Assembly (NCBI GenBank): GCA_965226885.1
Contig: CBDDEL010000016.1
Span: 448,001 to 512,000, forward strand
Reading direction: 5' to 3'
DNA length: 64,000 bases
Origin: Opitutales bacterium
GTDB taxonomy: Bacteria > Verrucomicrobiota > Verrucomicrobiia > Opitutales > UBA2987
Shown: positions 45,523 through 55,494 of the stretch, piece after piece
Layout: each line of letters opens with the position of its first letter
Numbering within the stretch: the stretch's first letter is position 1
The notes under the pieces: model-generated
What the model saw: the letters and a program-made list of their open reading frames with translations, nothing else
Told to the model about the DNA's origin: nothing
The model's database searches: none
Position numbers and translations under genes: made by a program

Positions 45523-46850
45523 TGATGTGCACTGGAAAAAGTGGACACGAGATTCTCCTAAATGGAGAATCGAAGCATGGGAAGAAGACGCTTTAGTATA
45601 GAGTTCAAAAATGAGGCAGTTCAACTGATGATACTCGATGGTCTGAGCGCCACCGAGGTATCGACCAAACTTGGGGTCAACACCAACCAATTGTATAGGT
45701 GGAAGAGGCTCTATCTGGACGATCAGCAGGGCGAAGCCACCTCAAAGCGACAGAGCAGTCCGAAGGAGATGGCGGCCGAGATAGATCGTCTTCGCAAAGA
45801 GCTGCGCCGCTCGGAGCGGATCAACCAGATACTAAAAAAAACGGTGGGCTACTTTGCCAAGGACGAACAATGAAGTACCAGTTTGTCAAAGACAACGAGG
45901 GGCGCTTCAAGATCGAGGAAATATGCTCGGCGATGGGGATTTGTCGCAGTGGCTATTACTGCTGGAGGCACCGAGCGCCCTCGGCCCGGCGGATCGAGGA
46001 CGAGGGAATCAAGGGGGCGATCCTGAAGGTACACAAAGAGGCCAAGGGCCGCTATGGGCATCGGCCAATGCACCGCCATCTGAAGGATGATGAGGGCATC
46101 GATTGCGGCCGTGACCGGGCTCTGCGTCTGATGCGTGAAATGGGAATCAAAAGCACCCAGAGTAAACGCTTTAAGCCATTAAAAACCAACAGTAACCATC
46201 CCTATGGTTACAGCCCCAATGTGCTTAAAAAGCATGGCCAGCCGACCCATATCGACGAGGTCTGGGTGGCGGACACGACCTACCTACGGACCCTGGCCGG
46301 TTGGATGTACTTGGCCACGGTGATGGACCTGTTCAGCCGACGCCTGCTGGGCTGGAGCGTTTCCAACCACAACGACGCGAAGCTGGTTGGCAAGGCCCTC
46401 AAAGCCGCGGCCATGACCCGCGGCACACTGCGCACCGGGATTATTCATCACAGCGATCGGGGCAGCCCCTACGCCAGCGACGACTATCAGAGGCTGGTCT
46501 CTGAACTAGACATGAAGCCGAGCATGAGCGCCCAAGGCAACTGCTACGACAACGCGGCCATGGAATCGTTCTACGGCCGCTTCAAGACCAGCACGATTCG
46601 AGGCCGCCACTTTGCCGACGAGCGCGAACTGCGATCAACTGTCTTCGAATACGTGGAAATCTTCTACAACCGATATCGCAAACATTCCTCTCTGAGTTAC
46701 CAAAGCCCAGTCCAATTCGAGGAAAATATTTGCCCCCCATGGGGGGCAACGAGAAAACAAAACCCTTTACCAAAACAAGCCGCCTGACACACTAATCAAT
46801 AAACAATGAATATAAGAGAATCCCGTGTCCAACAAATCCAGTACACGTCA
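45523..46850 (+). mobile_element. IS3-family type B, copy 3 (no TSD)
   Basis: 1328 bp, near-identical to the other B copies; flanks GAGG and GAAC differ. Confidence 0.95.
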
Positions 46851-47265
46851 GAACTGGACGAGGTGTGGTCATTCTGGGGCGATAAGCGTTCGGGGCAGGT
46901 ATGGCTATGGGTAGCCTTGTGTCGACGTACCCGACAGGTCGTCGGGTTTTCTCTGGGTGATCGTAGCGATCAAACGTGCTGGCAGTTGTATCACAACATC
47001 GCCCAGCCCTATCGCGACTGTGCCACCGTAAGCGATTACTGGGAAAGCTACGACAAGGTTTTCCCTCACAACAGCGCCAGCGGGAAACAATCCGGCCAAA
47101 CCGCCCATATCGAACGCTGGAACAATACCTTGCGACAGTCCCTGTCACGCTATGTGCGTAAAACGCTGTCATTCTCGAAGTCTTTGGTCATGCATTTTCG
47201 CGTCCTGTGCTTGTTCATCTGGGAATACAACAGCAATATCAAACATTCGTCATGTTAACACTACC
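46851..47265 (+). mobile_element. IS1-family right-half fragment
   Basis: Matches the insB part and IR of 13440-14235. Confidence 0.9.
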
Positions 47266-47904
47266 CGGACCCGAATACATAGTTTCTGGATGCTCTTTTA
47301 GTTAAAAAATACTTCTGGTCCTGGGAGGAAAAGTTAACTTCAAAAAATTCCACAATCCCTCCCCTGGATATTGTGATCAAGCGATCCCCCTCTTTGCGTC
47401 CCGTATAAAAAGTTCCGGCATATTGGTTTTCCAGTTCGGCGACTTGATTGCCATCGCTAATTACCGGAATGGTAACCGGCGGGAACAAGTGGTCGGTTGG
47501 AGTGAGCAGCTTGTGGCCGATGGCCGCCACAATTACGGCAACGATGATGAGTACCAAACAAGGATAGAGGAATTTTTTGGCAAAGCCCGGCCCCGAATGT
47601 TGAACGGGCGTTTGCTCTACAGGCGTTGCCTCAATACCTGTTATAATGAACAATGCCTCTCCGGGAGTAGTCTCAATGCCCGATAAATTTGGATCGTTGG
47701 TATCCGAAAGGTAGAGCTTATCAATTCCTGCTTCGATGTTGAAAACGCCTTTGGATGAAGTCACCTTAATGTTCGGGGTAATATCCGAATTCGTGTCGAT
47801 GGAAATTGCGGCGAACAACTCCAAATATTCTACCAACTTGGTATTGGTCACGTCTCCGATTTCGAGTCGGCCGAATTTATCGTCAACCTCCAAAAAATCG
47901 CTGC
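47266..47904 (-). pseudogene. internal fragment of a hypothetical single-TM protein
   Basis: Open frame bounded by IS630 (5') and IS1 (3'). Confidence 0.55.
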
Positions 47905-47906
47905 TA

Positions 47907-49021
47907 TTAATCCGGCAATTGAATAGTAACAGTTAAGCGGCGTATTGAACATCCCGATGATGGAAGAGTTTTTTAATCAAAATTGGTTTTCGTTGCCTGC
48001 TGCGCAGGTGGGTTCGCAGACTTCCCTGCAACTCAATTTGGCTGCGCGGGGCCGGCAGGTTCTTCAAGTTCGCTTTGACCGTGTTATTCAAATACTCATC
48101 GGGGTTCAATTCGGGACTGTAAGATGGTAGATAAAAAATCTCGATCCTATCGCGGTGGGCTTCAATCCAACCGGTTACTTTTTTAGCATGATGCACTCTC
48201 AGATTGTCCACAATGAGAAAGATTTTCCGTTTGGCTCCTTTGATTAACTGGCGCAGAAATTTGATAAACAGTTCCACATTCAAGGCTCCCTTGTAAACCA
48301 TGAAACGCAGCTTTCCACGGTTGGTTATAGTCGAGATCATGCTCGTGCTAAAACGACGCGCACTGCGTTTGGCAACTGGCGTTTTACCGCGCGGAGCATA
48401 ACCTCTTCCCCGATGATCTTCGCTACTGATGCCGGTTTCATCTCCCCAGTGGATTTGGGCCTGTTGCGCTTTGGCTCTGGCTTCGATGGCCGGGTAAGTT
48501 TGATCAAGCCACTTCTTAATCGCCTCAGGCTGCTGCTCATAGGCTTGTCTTCGAGGTTTTTGTGGAGTGAAACCCCAACGGCGAAGATACTCGCCCACCG
48601 TGCGGATCGGCATCTTCAAAGCAAACTGCCTTTCAATCAACTCTTGCACCGCTTGGCGCGTCCACAGGGCAAAGGGCATCTTAAGCTGGTCGGGTCCTCT
48701 TATCGGTAATCATTCGGCACACCATGCGCTCTTGTTGGGAGCTCAATCTTCGACATTGGCCCTGCCGACGGCCCCGTTGTCCAAGCCGCAGGGCTTTTGG
48801 CCCTCCATTTCGGTAAAGGGCCCACCATTTGCGCACAGCGCTGATCGATACCTTTAAAACCACGGAAACCTCTTCATAAGTGCAACCCTCTCTTTTCAGA
48901 TCCACCGCCCGACACCTCAACTCATATATAGTCTCTTCGCTTAGTGAACGCGCATCATTCCTATTCATGAACCTACTTTAGCATAAGTTATTGATATGTC
49001 ACTATTTATTTGCCGGATTAA
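47907..49021 (-). mobile_element. IS630-family element copy 1, transposase frameshifted
   Basis: IRs TTAATCCGGCAA flanked by TA; WGDETG, VDNLRVH and SPELNPDE motifs; extra C near 48697 relative to copy 2. Confidence 0.92.
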
Positions 49022-49023
49022 TA

Positions 49024-49773
49024 GTTACATCGTGGGGATGGCTCGCAATGCACGCTTGCAGCAAGACGCCCAGCAGTTGCAAAAGCAGGCCAAAGAATGG
49101 TTCGAACTAAGGGGTAAAAAACAACGGTTATTCCAGGACTTCGTCTATGCTGCCGATTCGTGGCGATGGCTGCGGTTGGTCATCCATAAAGCCGAACACA
49201 CCGCACAGGGGTCCAACCCGCGCTTCGTGGTGACGAACCTGCCGGGCGATCCCCAGGAGCTTTACGACAAGGTATACTGTGGCCGCGGTGAAATGGAGAA
49301 CCGAATCAAGGAACAGATGCAATTGTTCAGCGAGCGCACCAGCGCCCATCAATGGTGGGCCAATCAGTGGCGATTGCTCTTGTCGGCGCTGGCCTACACC
49401 TTGATGGAAGCCATGCGCCGGTTAGCCTTAAAAGGGACGAAGTGGGCGCGGGCCCAATGCCACACCCTGCGGCTCAAATTAATCAAGATCGGAGCGGTCA
49501 TCGTGCGCAACACCCGAACGATTCACTTTCACCTAAGTGAGAGTTATCCTTGGGCCAGTCTTTTCAACCATGCGGCCCGCCGATTGGTGCCAACCTAAAG
49601 GGTGCATTGGTGCTGCCCCCGGCACTACCGAACCAATGGGGGAAAGGGGGCAGTGTCTCTACACCCTGAAAAACACCTAAAAATCAAGACGATCTGCTCA
49701 AAATACAAAGAAATCCATCTCCATCTCCAATAGCAATAACGAGCCAAACTTTACCCTTCATGAAATATCCGGG
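49024..49773 (+). mobile_element. IS1380 right-half fragment
   Basis: Transposase C-terminus to 49598 and right IR followed by CTAG. Confidence 0.9.
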
Positions 49774-49883
49774 CTAGTTGGTAATCGATTTAGCTTGTTT
49801 TTAATCATGTCATGCAATGATTTAATCGCCTTCGGCGAGTCGACTGCTCGGAAATATCCAAATCTAGCTTTCCTAACTGGTAA

Positions 49884-50747
49884 ATGAAAACTTCAACCGA
49901 GACATTGGCCGCGCTTTTGCATGGGCCGGACAAACCGGGCTTGGTGGCGCGGGTGGCCGGTTGGATCCATGAGAACGGCGGCAATATCATACATGCCGAT
50001 CAACATCGGGACGCGGAAGAATAGATTTTTTTCCAAAGAGTAGAATGGGCGCCGCCGGACGGTGAGGTTGAATCGCAGTTGGCGGCTTTCAACGCGCTGG
50101 CGGGAGAATTTGGAATGAAAGTTCAGGTGGCGCGTTCTACCGAAAGGCCGAAGATTGCTCTCTTTGTATCGCGAGCCGCTCATTGTTTCCACGATCTCAT
50201 ACTTCGGTGGAAGGCGGGGGAATTTCGGGCAGAGATAGTCTGTGTGGTATCGAACCACGATACCCTGCGGTCAGCTTCCGAGGGATATGGGCTTCCTTAT
50301 TGTCATATTCCCATTCATCGGGAGAGCCCATCACGGGCTCTGGCCGAAGAGAAGCAACTGGAAGTTCTTGAAAAATACGATGTGGAACTGGTTGTCCTGG
50401 CCCGTTATATGCAAATCCTTTCGGCCCGAATGCTGGAGAAAATGGGTTGCCCGGCCATCAATATCCATCATTCGTTTTTGCCCGCCTTTGCCGGGGCCAA
50501 TCCCTACCGCCAGGCCTATCGGCACGGGGTGAAAATCATTGGGGTGACCGCCCATTATGTCCGCGCGGAGCTTGATGCCGGCCCGATCATCCAGCAGGAT
50601 GTGACACATGTGACTCACCGTCACGGAGTCGAAGACCTAATGCGCAAAGGCAGGGACCTGGAAAAAGCGGCACTGGCCCAGGCGGTTCGCTGGCACCTGG
50701 AAAACCGGGTGCTCGTTTACAATAACAAAACCGTGGTTTTCGATTGA
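49884..50747 (+). pseudogene. purU: formyltetrahydrofolate deformylase with an in-frame amber stop
   Basis: ACT domain MKTSTETLAALLHGPDKPGLVARV; TAG at 50022-50024; LARYMQIL, INIHHSFLPAF, GVTAHYV. Confidence 0.9.
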
Positions 50748-50808
50748 TCGGTCCTCGGATTTCGATCAAAAACCAGCCCGGCGGGGCCGGATATTCATTT
50801 TTACTCGC

Positions 50809-52269
50809 TTAATTTACGGGCAAACCCTCAGGCACGCTGAAAAGGCTGCCATTATCTAGCCTCTGAAAAAAGCGCCGACCCGGAGCATTATCGTCAAAAG
50901 TGAAAACCCAACCCTGGTCGTCTCCGAACAGGTATATCCATCGGTAGGAGTTTTCGTTCAAGAACACCCATTTGGCCAAACCGAAATCCCACAGAAAAAT
51001 AACATCCGCGGCGCTGCCCTCATGAATGTACTGCCAGCCGTGCTCGTCATGGTAAATCCAGGGCCAGAAATCCACACTGTAGTTCATGTACCAAGGCGAA
51101 ACCCACCATCCGGGAAAGCCCTCAATGGCGGAGCTGTTAAAAAATCCCAGGTTTTGCAATTCATATGACAACAAAGGTATGAGAAAAAGCTGCCCTTCGA
51201 TGATGTCGCGGATGGCCGATCCGGCACTGATATCGAGAAAATTTCGTTCCAGTTCCAAAATGAACAGATTGGATAATTCCGTCAAATCGCTTATGTCCGT
51301 AATCTGGTTTCCATTGAGGACCAGCTGGGACAGATCTGCCAGAACGCTCAGCGGGTCAATAATGTGTATCTGGTTGTCACTCAGGTTCAGGTTTTGCAAC
51401 GCGGTGAGGCCGATCAAAGGGCTCAGGTTACCAATCTGGTTATGGTTTAAAAACAGTGACGTCAATGCCGTCAGACCGCTAATCGAGTTTAGGTTGTCAA
51501 TCTGATCTCTACTCAGGATCAGCGTCCTCAAATTCGTCAAACCGCTCAGGGGGCCAAGGGCGCTGATTTGATTGCCGCTGAGATTGAGGCTGGTTAATGC
51601 GCCGAGGCTGCTCAAGGGGTTTAAGTCGCCAATCTGGTTGGCGCTGAGATCGAGGACTGCCAGGGACGATAATCCGCTCAAGGGCTCGAGGTTGCTAATT
51701 TGGTTGGCCCCAAGGTCGAGAGTGGCCAGCGCGGTTAATCCACTCAACGGGCTCAGGTTGGATATCTGGTTTCCACCCAAATCCAGGTTCTGGAGGCTCG
51801 TCACACCGCTCAGGCCGCCGATGCCGCCGATCTGGTTGCCACCGAGGTCAAGGGTGGTCAGGGCGGTCAAGCCGCTTAAGGAGCCCACGTCACTGATATT
51901 GTTGCCCCCGAGATCCAGGGAAACCAGGGCAGTCAGAGCGCTCAATGGGCTCAGGTCGCTGATTTTGTTGCCATTGAGGCTGAGGCTGGTTAAATTTTGG
52001 GCGGCCTCCAAGCCCGTCAAATCGTCAATATTCAATTCGAGGACATTGAGGGAGGTTAGGGAATTTAAATCCTCCGTCGTTAATTCTCCAATAGGTTTGC
52101 CAAGCTCACCGCGAATAGCCAATTCGAGGGCAATTTCCGGCACATCCACGGAATATACGGAAAGAGGAATGAGGCTCAAAAAAAGCGTAGTCAGCAAAGA
52201 AAACCCTAGTTTTGGACAGCCATATTTGGCCCGTCCAAGTCTATTTTCCCCATTCGCCAATTCTACCAT
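50809..52269 (-). CDS. secreted internalin-like leucine-rich-repeat protein with Trp-rich C-terminal domain
   Basis: Hydrophobic signal segment; about 12 22-aa LRRs (LxxLxLxxNQIxxLxPLSGLT); C-terminal WPWIYHDEHGWQ...RFFQRLDNGSLFSVPEGLPVN. Confidence 0.88.
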   Translation of the reverse strand: MVELANGENRLGRAKYGCPKLGFSLLTTLFLSLIPLSVYSVDVPEIALELAIRGELGKPIGELTTEDLNSLTSLNVLELNIDDLTGLEAAQNLTSLSLNGNKISDLSPLSALTALVSLDLGGNNISDVGSLSGLTALTTLDLGGNQIGGIGGLSGVTSLQNLDLGGNQISNLSPLSGLTALATLDLGANQISNLEPLSGLSSLAVLDLSANQIGDLNPLSSLGALTSLNLSGNQISALGPLSGLTNLRTLILSRDQIDNLNSISGLTALTSLFLNHNQIGNLSPLIGLTALQNLNLSDNQIHIIDPLSVLADLSQLVLNGNQITDISDLTELSNLFILELERNFLDISAGSAIRDIIEGQLFLIPLLSYELQNLGFFNSSAIEGFPGWWVSPWYMNYSVDFWPWIYHDEHGWQYIHEGSAADVIFLWDFGLAKWVFLNENSYRWIYLFGDDQGWVFTFDDNAPGRRFFQRLDNGSLFSVPEGLPVN

Positions 52270-52387
52270 TCAGGAGACATCTTACGCTACCATTCAGGAG
52301 ACATCTTACGGTTAATAGCTTCCTTGTCAATTATAGTCCGCGCCATAATTTGTAATTGCATTTGATACCACTTTTAACCCCTCTCGC

Positions 52388-52700
52388 TTAATTGGAGAGC
52401 CCGGGCGGGATGCTGAAGAGGCTGCCATCTACAATTCTCTGGAAAAACTTTCGATCCGAGGTGTTGTCATCGAATGTCCATATCCAGCCGGAATTGTCGC
52501 CAAAAAGGAACATCCAGCGATAGGTATTTTCGTTCAGAAAAAGCCACTGGCCCAAGTCAAAGTCCCAGATGTAGATTATTTCTTCTGTGGTGCCATCAAA
52601 AACAATTGCCAGCCGTGCTCGTCATGGAAAATCCAGGGCCAAATATCGACATTATACTTGAGATGCCAGGAGGGAGGAGTGCCAGCTGACAATTCCATCG
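52388..52700 (-). pseudogene. orphan, frameshifted copy of the Trp-rich C-terminal domain
   Basis: WHLKYNVDIWPWIFHDEHGWQ [frameshift] VFDGTTEEIIYIWDFDLGQWLFLNENTYRWMFLFGDNSGWIWTFDDNTSDRKFFQRIVDGSLFSIPPGLSN*; absent from the ORF track. Confidence 0.8.
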
Positions 52701-52746
52701 CTAAGGTTCGGCAATATTTCTTCCCGTTATTTGGGAATCAACAATC

Positions 52747-53718
52747 CTAATAATCGGTGGTCAGGGTGCGGTGGTGGGGTATTTTTGGTTCGTTTTCGAA
52801 TCCTTTTTTCCAGAGCCAGTAATCCAGATGCAGGGCGTCAATTTCGCCTTTGTTTTGTCGAACTTTTTCGATCAATATATCGCAGGCCGCGACCGTGACG
52901 ACCCGCATCTCGGTCTCTTCGCGGCTGCCTGCCTGCAGCCAACGCCGTTCGTTTATTTTCTCCGCCAGATCGCGGGTTAATTCCATGACGCCGATGCTCC
53001 TGAGGGCGACCGGCAGCATGTAATCGGCATAGACCGTCAATCGTTGGGGATTTGACAAACCTTCGGCGCCCCGAGCCAATCGGGCGGCGTGGAGCATGCC
53101 GGCGGCCAGTTGGGCTCTTTTGCGCAGAGGGATAAATGATTCATTTAGGATGCGGGCATCATTAAAGGAGGGAAATGTGGTAGCGAGAAAATCGGCGTGG
53201 GAAAGAGCGTCTTTTCCGGCCGCCGCGATGGCATTTTGCAAACGTCCGCCGTAGTTTTTTTCAAGAACTTTACCGATCTCGCGCAGGATGGCGATACGCT
53301 CGTCAACCAGAGGTAGAAAACCTTGCCCGGCGGCAAACGAGGAGGCAATTAAATCGCTTTTAAGTACTTTGGCGTCGTTTAAATCATGGCCCTTTGCAAA
53401 GGCGGCGTGGAGCATACCGAACTGGGCGAAGGCATCCACTTCGCGTTCTCCGGCAATGTCAATCGACCACATGGGCTGGGCATCCGGCGTCCAGTAGCAA
53501 AAATTGAGAGCGTTCCCCAGCCAGACCACGGCATCGAGGGTGGCGCCCGCCAATGGGGGAAAGGCAGGATGGTCCCAGGCCGGCAGCGGCAGGCGCTTAT
53601 GGGCCAATGTTTTGGCCAGTGATTCGATGGCGTCGCGGTTGACCGATACATGCCGGCAGCGCGGCAACATCTCCCGGCAAAGCATTCCCAGCGGCGTCCA
53701 TTTCATTTTATTCATCAT
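52747..53718 (-). CDS. queuosine salvage protein (DUF2419/QNG1 family)
   Basis: ALNFCYW, LRKRAQL, LTVYADYMLP, EETEMR, LDYWLW, PHHRTLTTDY. Confidence 0.85.
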   Translation of the reverse strand: MMNKMKWTPLGMLCREMLPRCRHVSVNRDAIESLAKTLAHKRLPLPAWDHPAFPPLAGATLDAVVWLGNALNFCYWTPDAQPMWSIDIAGEREVDAFAQFGMLHAAFAKGHDLNDAKVLKSDLIASSFAAGQGFLPLVDERIAILREIGKVLEKNYGGRLQNAIAAAGKDALSHADFLATTFPSFNDARILNESFIPLRKRAQLAAGMLHAARLARGAEGLSNPQRLTVYADYMLPVALRSIGVMELTRDLAEKINERRWLQAGSREETEMRVVTVAACDILIEKVRQNKGEIDALHLDYWLWKKGFENEPKIPHHRTLTTDY

Positions 53719-53719
53719 T

Positions 53720-54607
53720 TCAGGAAACCGCGATGCCGATGGAAAAAAGAACACTGTAAAGCATCAGGAATTGTGCCGTTTGGGCCAGAATTTGATTGTA
53801 TTCAGTTCCATAACAGGCATCGCGTAAATGCTTGCTTAAAAAATAGCTGGCCGGCCAAAGGATCAATGGAAGAAATACCCAGGGTTTCATACCAAGACGC
53901 CATAAAATGATGGGAACGAACAAAGCGAAAAGAAAATTAATTTGATAATGAACAAGCGCAAAAGGCCGCCCGAATCTAACCACGAGCGTATTCTTACGGG
54001 CCCGTTCATCATTTTCTGCATCCCGGTAGTTGTTGACTATGAGAATATTAGTAACCAAGCCCCCGGCCACAACCGATACCCAGAAGGAATTGACTGAAAA
54101 ATACCCCGATTGCACAAAAAAAGTGAACATGACCGCGATGAGTCCGAAAAAAATAAAAACCAGTAGATCGCCATAGCCATGATAGCCGAGCGGATAGGGT
54201 CCACCGGTGTAAGCGATAGCGCATAAAATACTGGTTGCGCCGATGGCCAGCAGCCACCAGCCCCCGTAAAAAATCAAGCCGCACCCTACCAGGAAGGCCA
54301 GCGCGAATACCACCGACATGGCCCGGAACATTTCTTTAGGGGTCATCAGCCCTCCGGCCACCGCACGGACCGGGCCAATGCGGTCCGGGGTGTCGGCGCC
54401 TTTCATAAAATCAAAATAATCGTTGGCGTAATTGGCGCCGATCTGGATGAGCAGGGCAAATGCCAGGCACAAGGCTGCCGGGAGGAATCTGAAACATCCG
54501 GCCTGCACAGCCAGGGCCGTTCCCAGCATAACGGGCGCCACAGCGGCGGGCAAGGTTTTGGGCCTGGCCGCAACGATGAGGGGTGAGGGTATTTTCCTAC
54601 CTCGCAT
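53720..54607 (-). CDS. menA: 1,4-dihydroxy-2-naphthoate polyprenyltransferase
   Basis: AARPKTLPAA, NYANDYFD..KGAD, VNNYRD.ENDERARKNTLVV. Confidence 0.92.
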   Translation of the reverse strand: MRGRKIPSPLIVAARPKTLPAAVAPVMLGTALAVQAGCFRFLPAALCLAFALLIQIGANYANDYFDFMKGADTPDRIGPVRAVAGGLMTPKEMFRAMSVVFALAFLVGCGLIFYGGWWLLAIGATSILCAIAYTGGPYPLGYHGYGDLLVFIFFGLIAVMFTFFVQSGYFSVNSFWVSVVAGGLVTNILIVNNYRDAENDERARKNTLVVRFGRPFALVHYQINFLFALFVPIILWRLGMKPWVFLPLILWPASYFLSKHLRDACYGTEYNQILAQTAQFLMLYSVLFSIGIAVS

Positions 54608-54694
54608 AATAGATTAAACCAGCGCCTGAAATTTTTTTGTTTCGGGCATTTTCATGAATATTTTTTACCCGGACAGCCGGGATTGCCGCCCTTG

Positions 54695-55192
54695 CTACTC
54701 GAGCAGGGGCGTAAAATTGTCCTCGGGACTTGGCTCCAGATTGTAACGCATGATGGTTCTGGCGCAATAATTCCAACGCAGAATCGCTTCGTCGTTACCG
54801 GCCGGGCGAATCGCTTCCGCTTTCTCAAACAATTCCATGGCGTCGTGAATTAATTCATATGCCACAAATTTGGAGCCGGGAAAAACGTTCTCCAATTTCG
54901 ATTTAGCCCGGCGTTCACAGACTATCCCACTGTAATAATAGTTTTTGTAGTCGTCTTTGAAGTGGGAGAGAACATTCTTTATACGGGTCATGCCGACGGG
55001 GTGATCGGAATTAAACTGATCCGCCATGGCCAGAATAAGGAGGACGTGCGCCTCCTCGTTTTCCGGGTCGGTCTTGAGAATATCCTCGCAAATGCTTTCG
55101 GCCGTGGCCGAATCGTTGAGCAGGCGGTAGCGCATGGCCCGCTCCAGGGCGGCGGGAATAGATTCCCTGGATATTGATTTTAATTCGAACAT
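54695..55192 (-). CDS. conserved hypothetical helical protein downstream of sdhB
   Basis: MFELKSISRESIPAALERAMRYRLLN...AILRWNYCAR; plausible coding frame from ATG 55192. Confidence 0.7.
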   Translation of the reverse strand: MFELKSISRESIPAALERAMRYRLLNDSATAESICEDILKTDPENEEAHVLLILAMADQFNSDHPVGMTRIKNVLSHFKDDYKNYYYSGIVCERRAKSKLENVFPGSKFVAYELIHDAMELFEKAEAIRPAGNDEAILRWNYCARTIMRYNLEPSPEDNFTPLLE

Positions 55193-55214
55193 ATCAGGGC
55201 CTCGTATATTATTA

Positions 55215-55494
55215 TTAGAACCTATCTCAAATTCGCTGATGAATGATGTTTGTAGCGCCACGGTGGCAGATGCCAGGCGGCTTCGCGGCCAGATGGGCGG
55301 TAAGCCCCTCGGGCGCGAACCAACGCCGCAGGTGCAACCGTGCCGCACAAATCCTTCGGACAGAGGCGATTATGGGCTTGAGCGGCGTTTCGTCGGGGTG
55401 GCAGTGCTTCCCGCCCAGCACATCCCGACGCGCCTTGCTCAAAACACATAATTGCTCTCTGCATCACCATCATCGATTTTTAGATAGGTTCTAA
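55215..55494. mobile_element. 280-bp MITE-like element
   Basis: Perfect terminal IR TTAGAACCTATCT, extending imperfectly to ~33 bp; GC-rich non-coding interior. Confidence 0.6.

Noticed and set aside
50022..50024. Amber recoding suggested by in-frame TAGs in purU and the sacsin-like gene
   Set aside because: TAG terminates intact genes here (MBL hydrolase, sdhB, queuosine salvage), and pseudogenes are common
52263..52310. 20-24 bp direct repeats as CRISPR arrays or operator repeats
   Set aside because: Only two abutting copies, no spacers, unrelated sequences at each site, no cas genes
51572..52315. 247-aa repetitive plus-strand ORF
   Set aside because: Antisense of the LRR repeats
52388..52700. 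Orphan domain copy as a diversity-generating retroelement template repeat
   Set aside because: Differences from the other copies are extensive and not adenine-specific; no reverse transcriptase in the window
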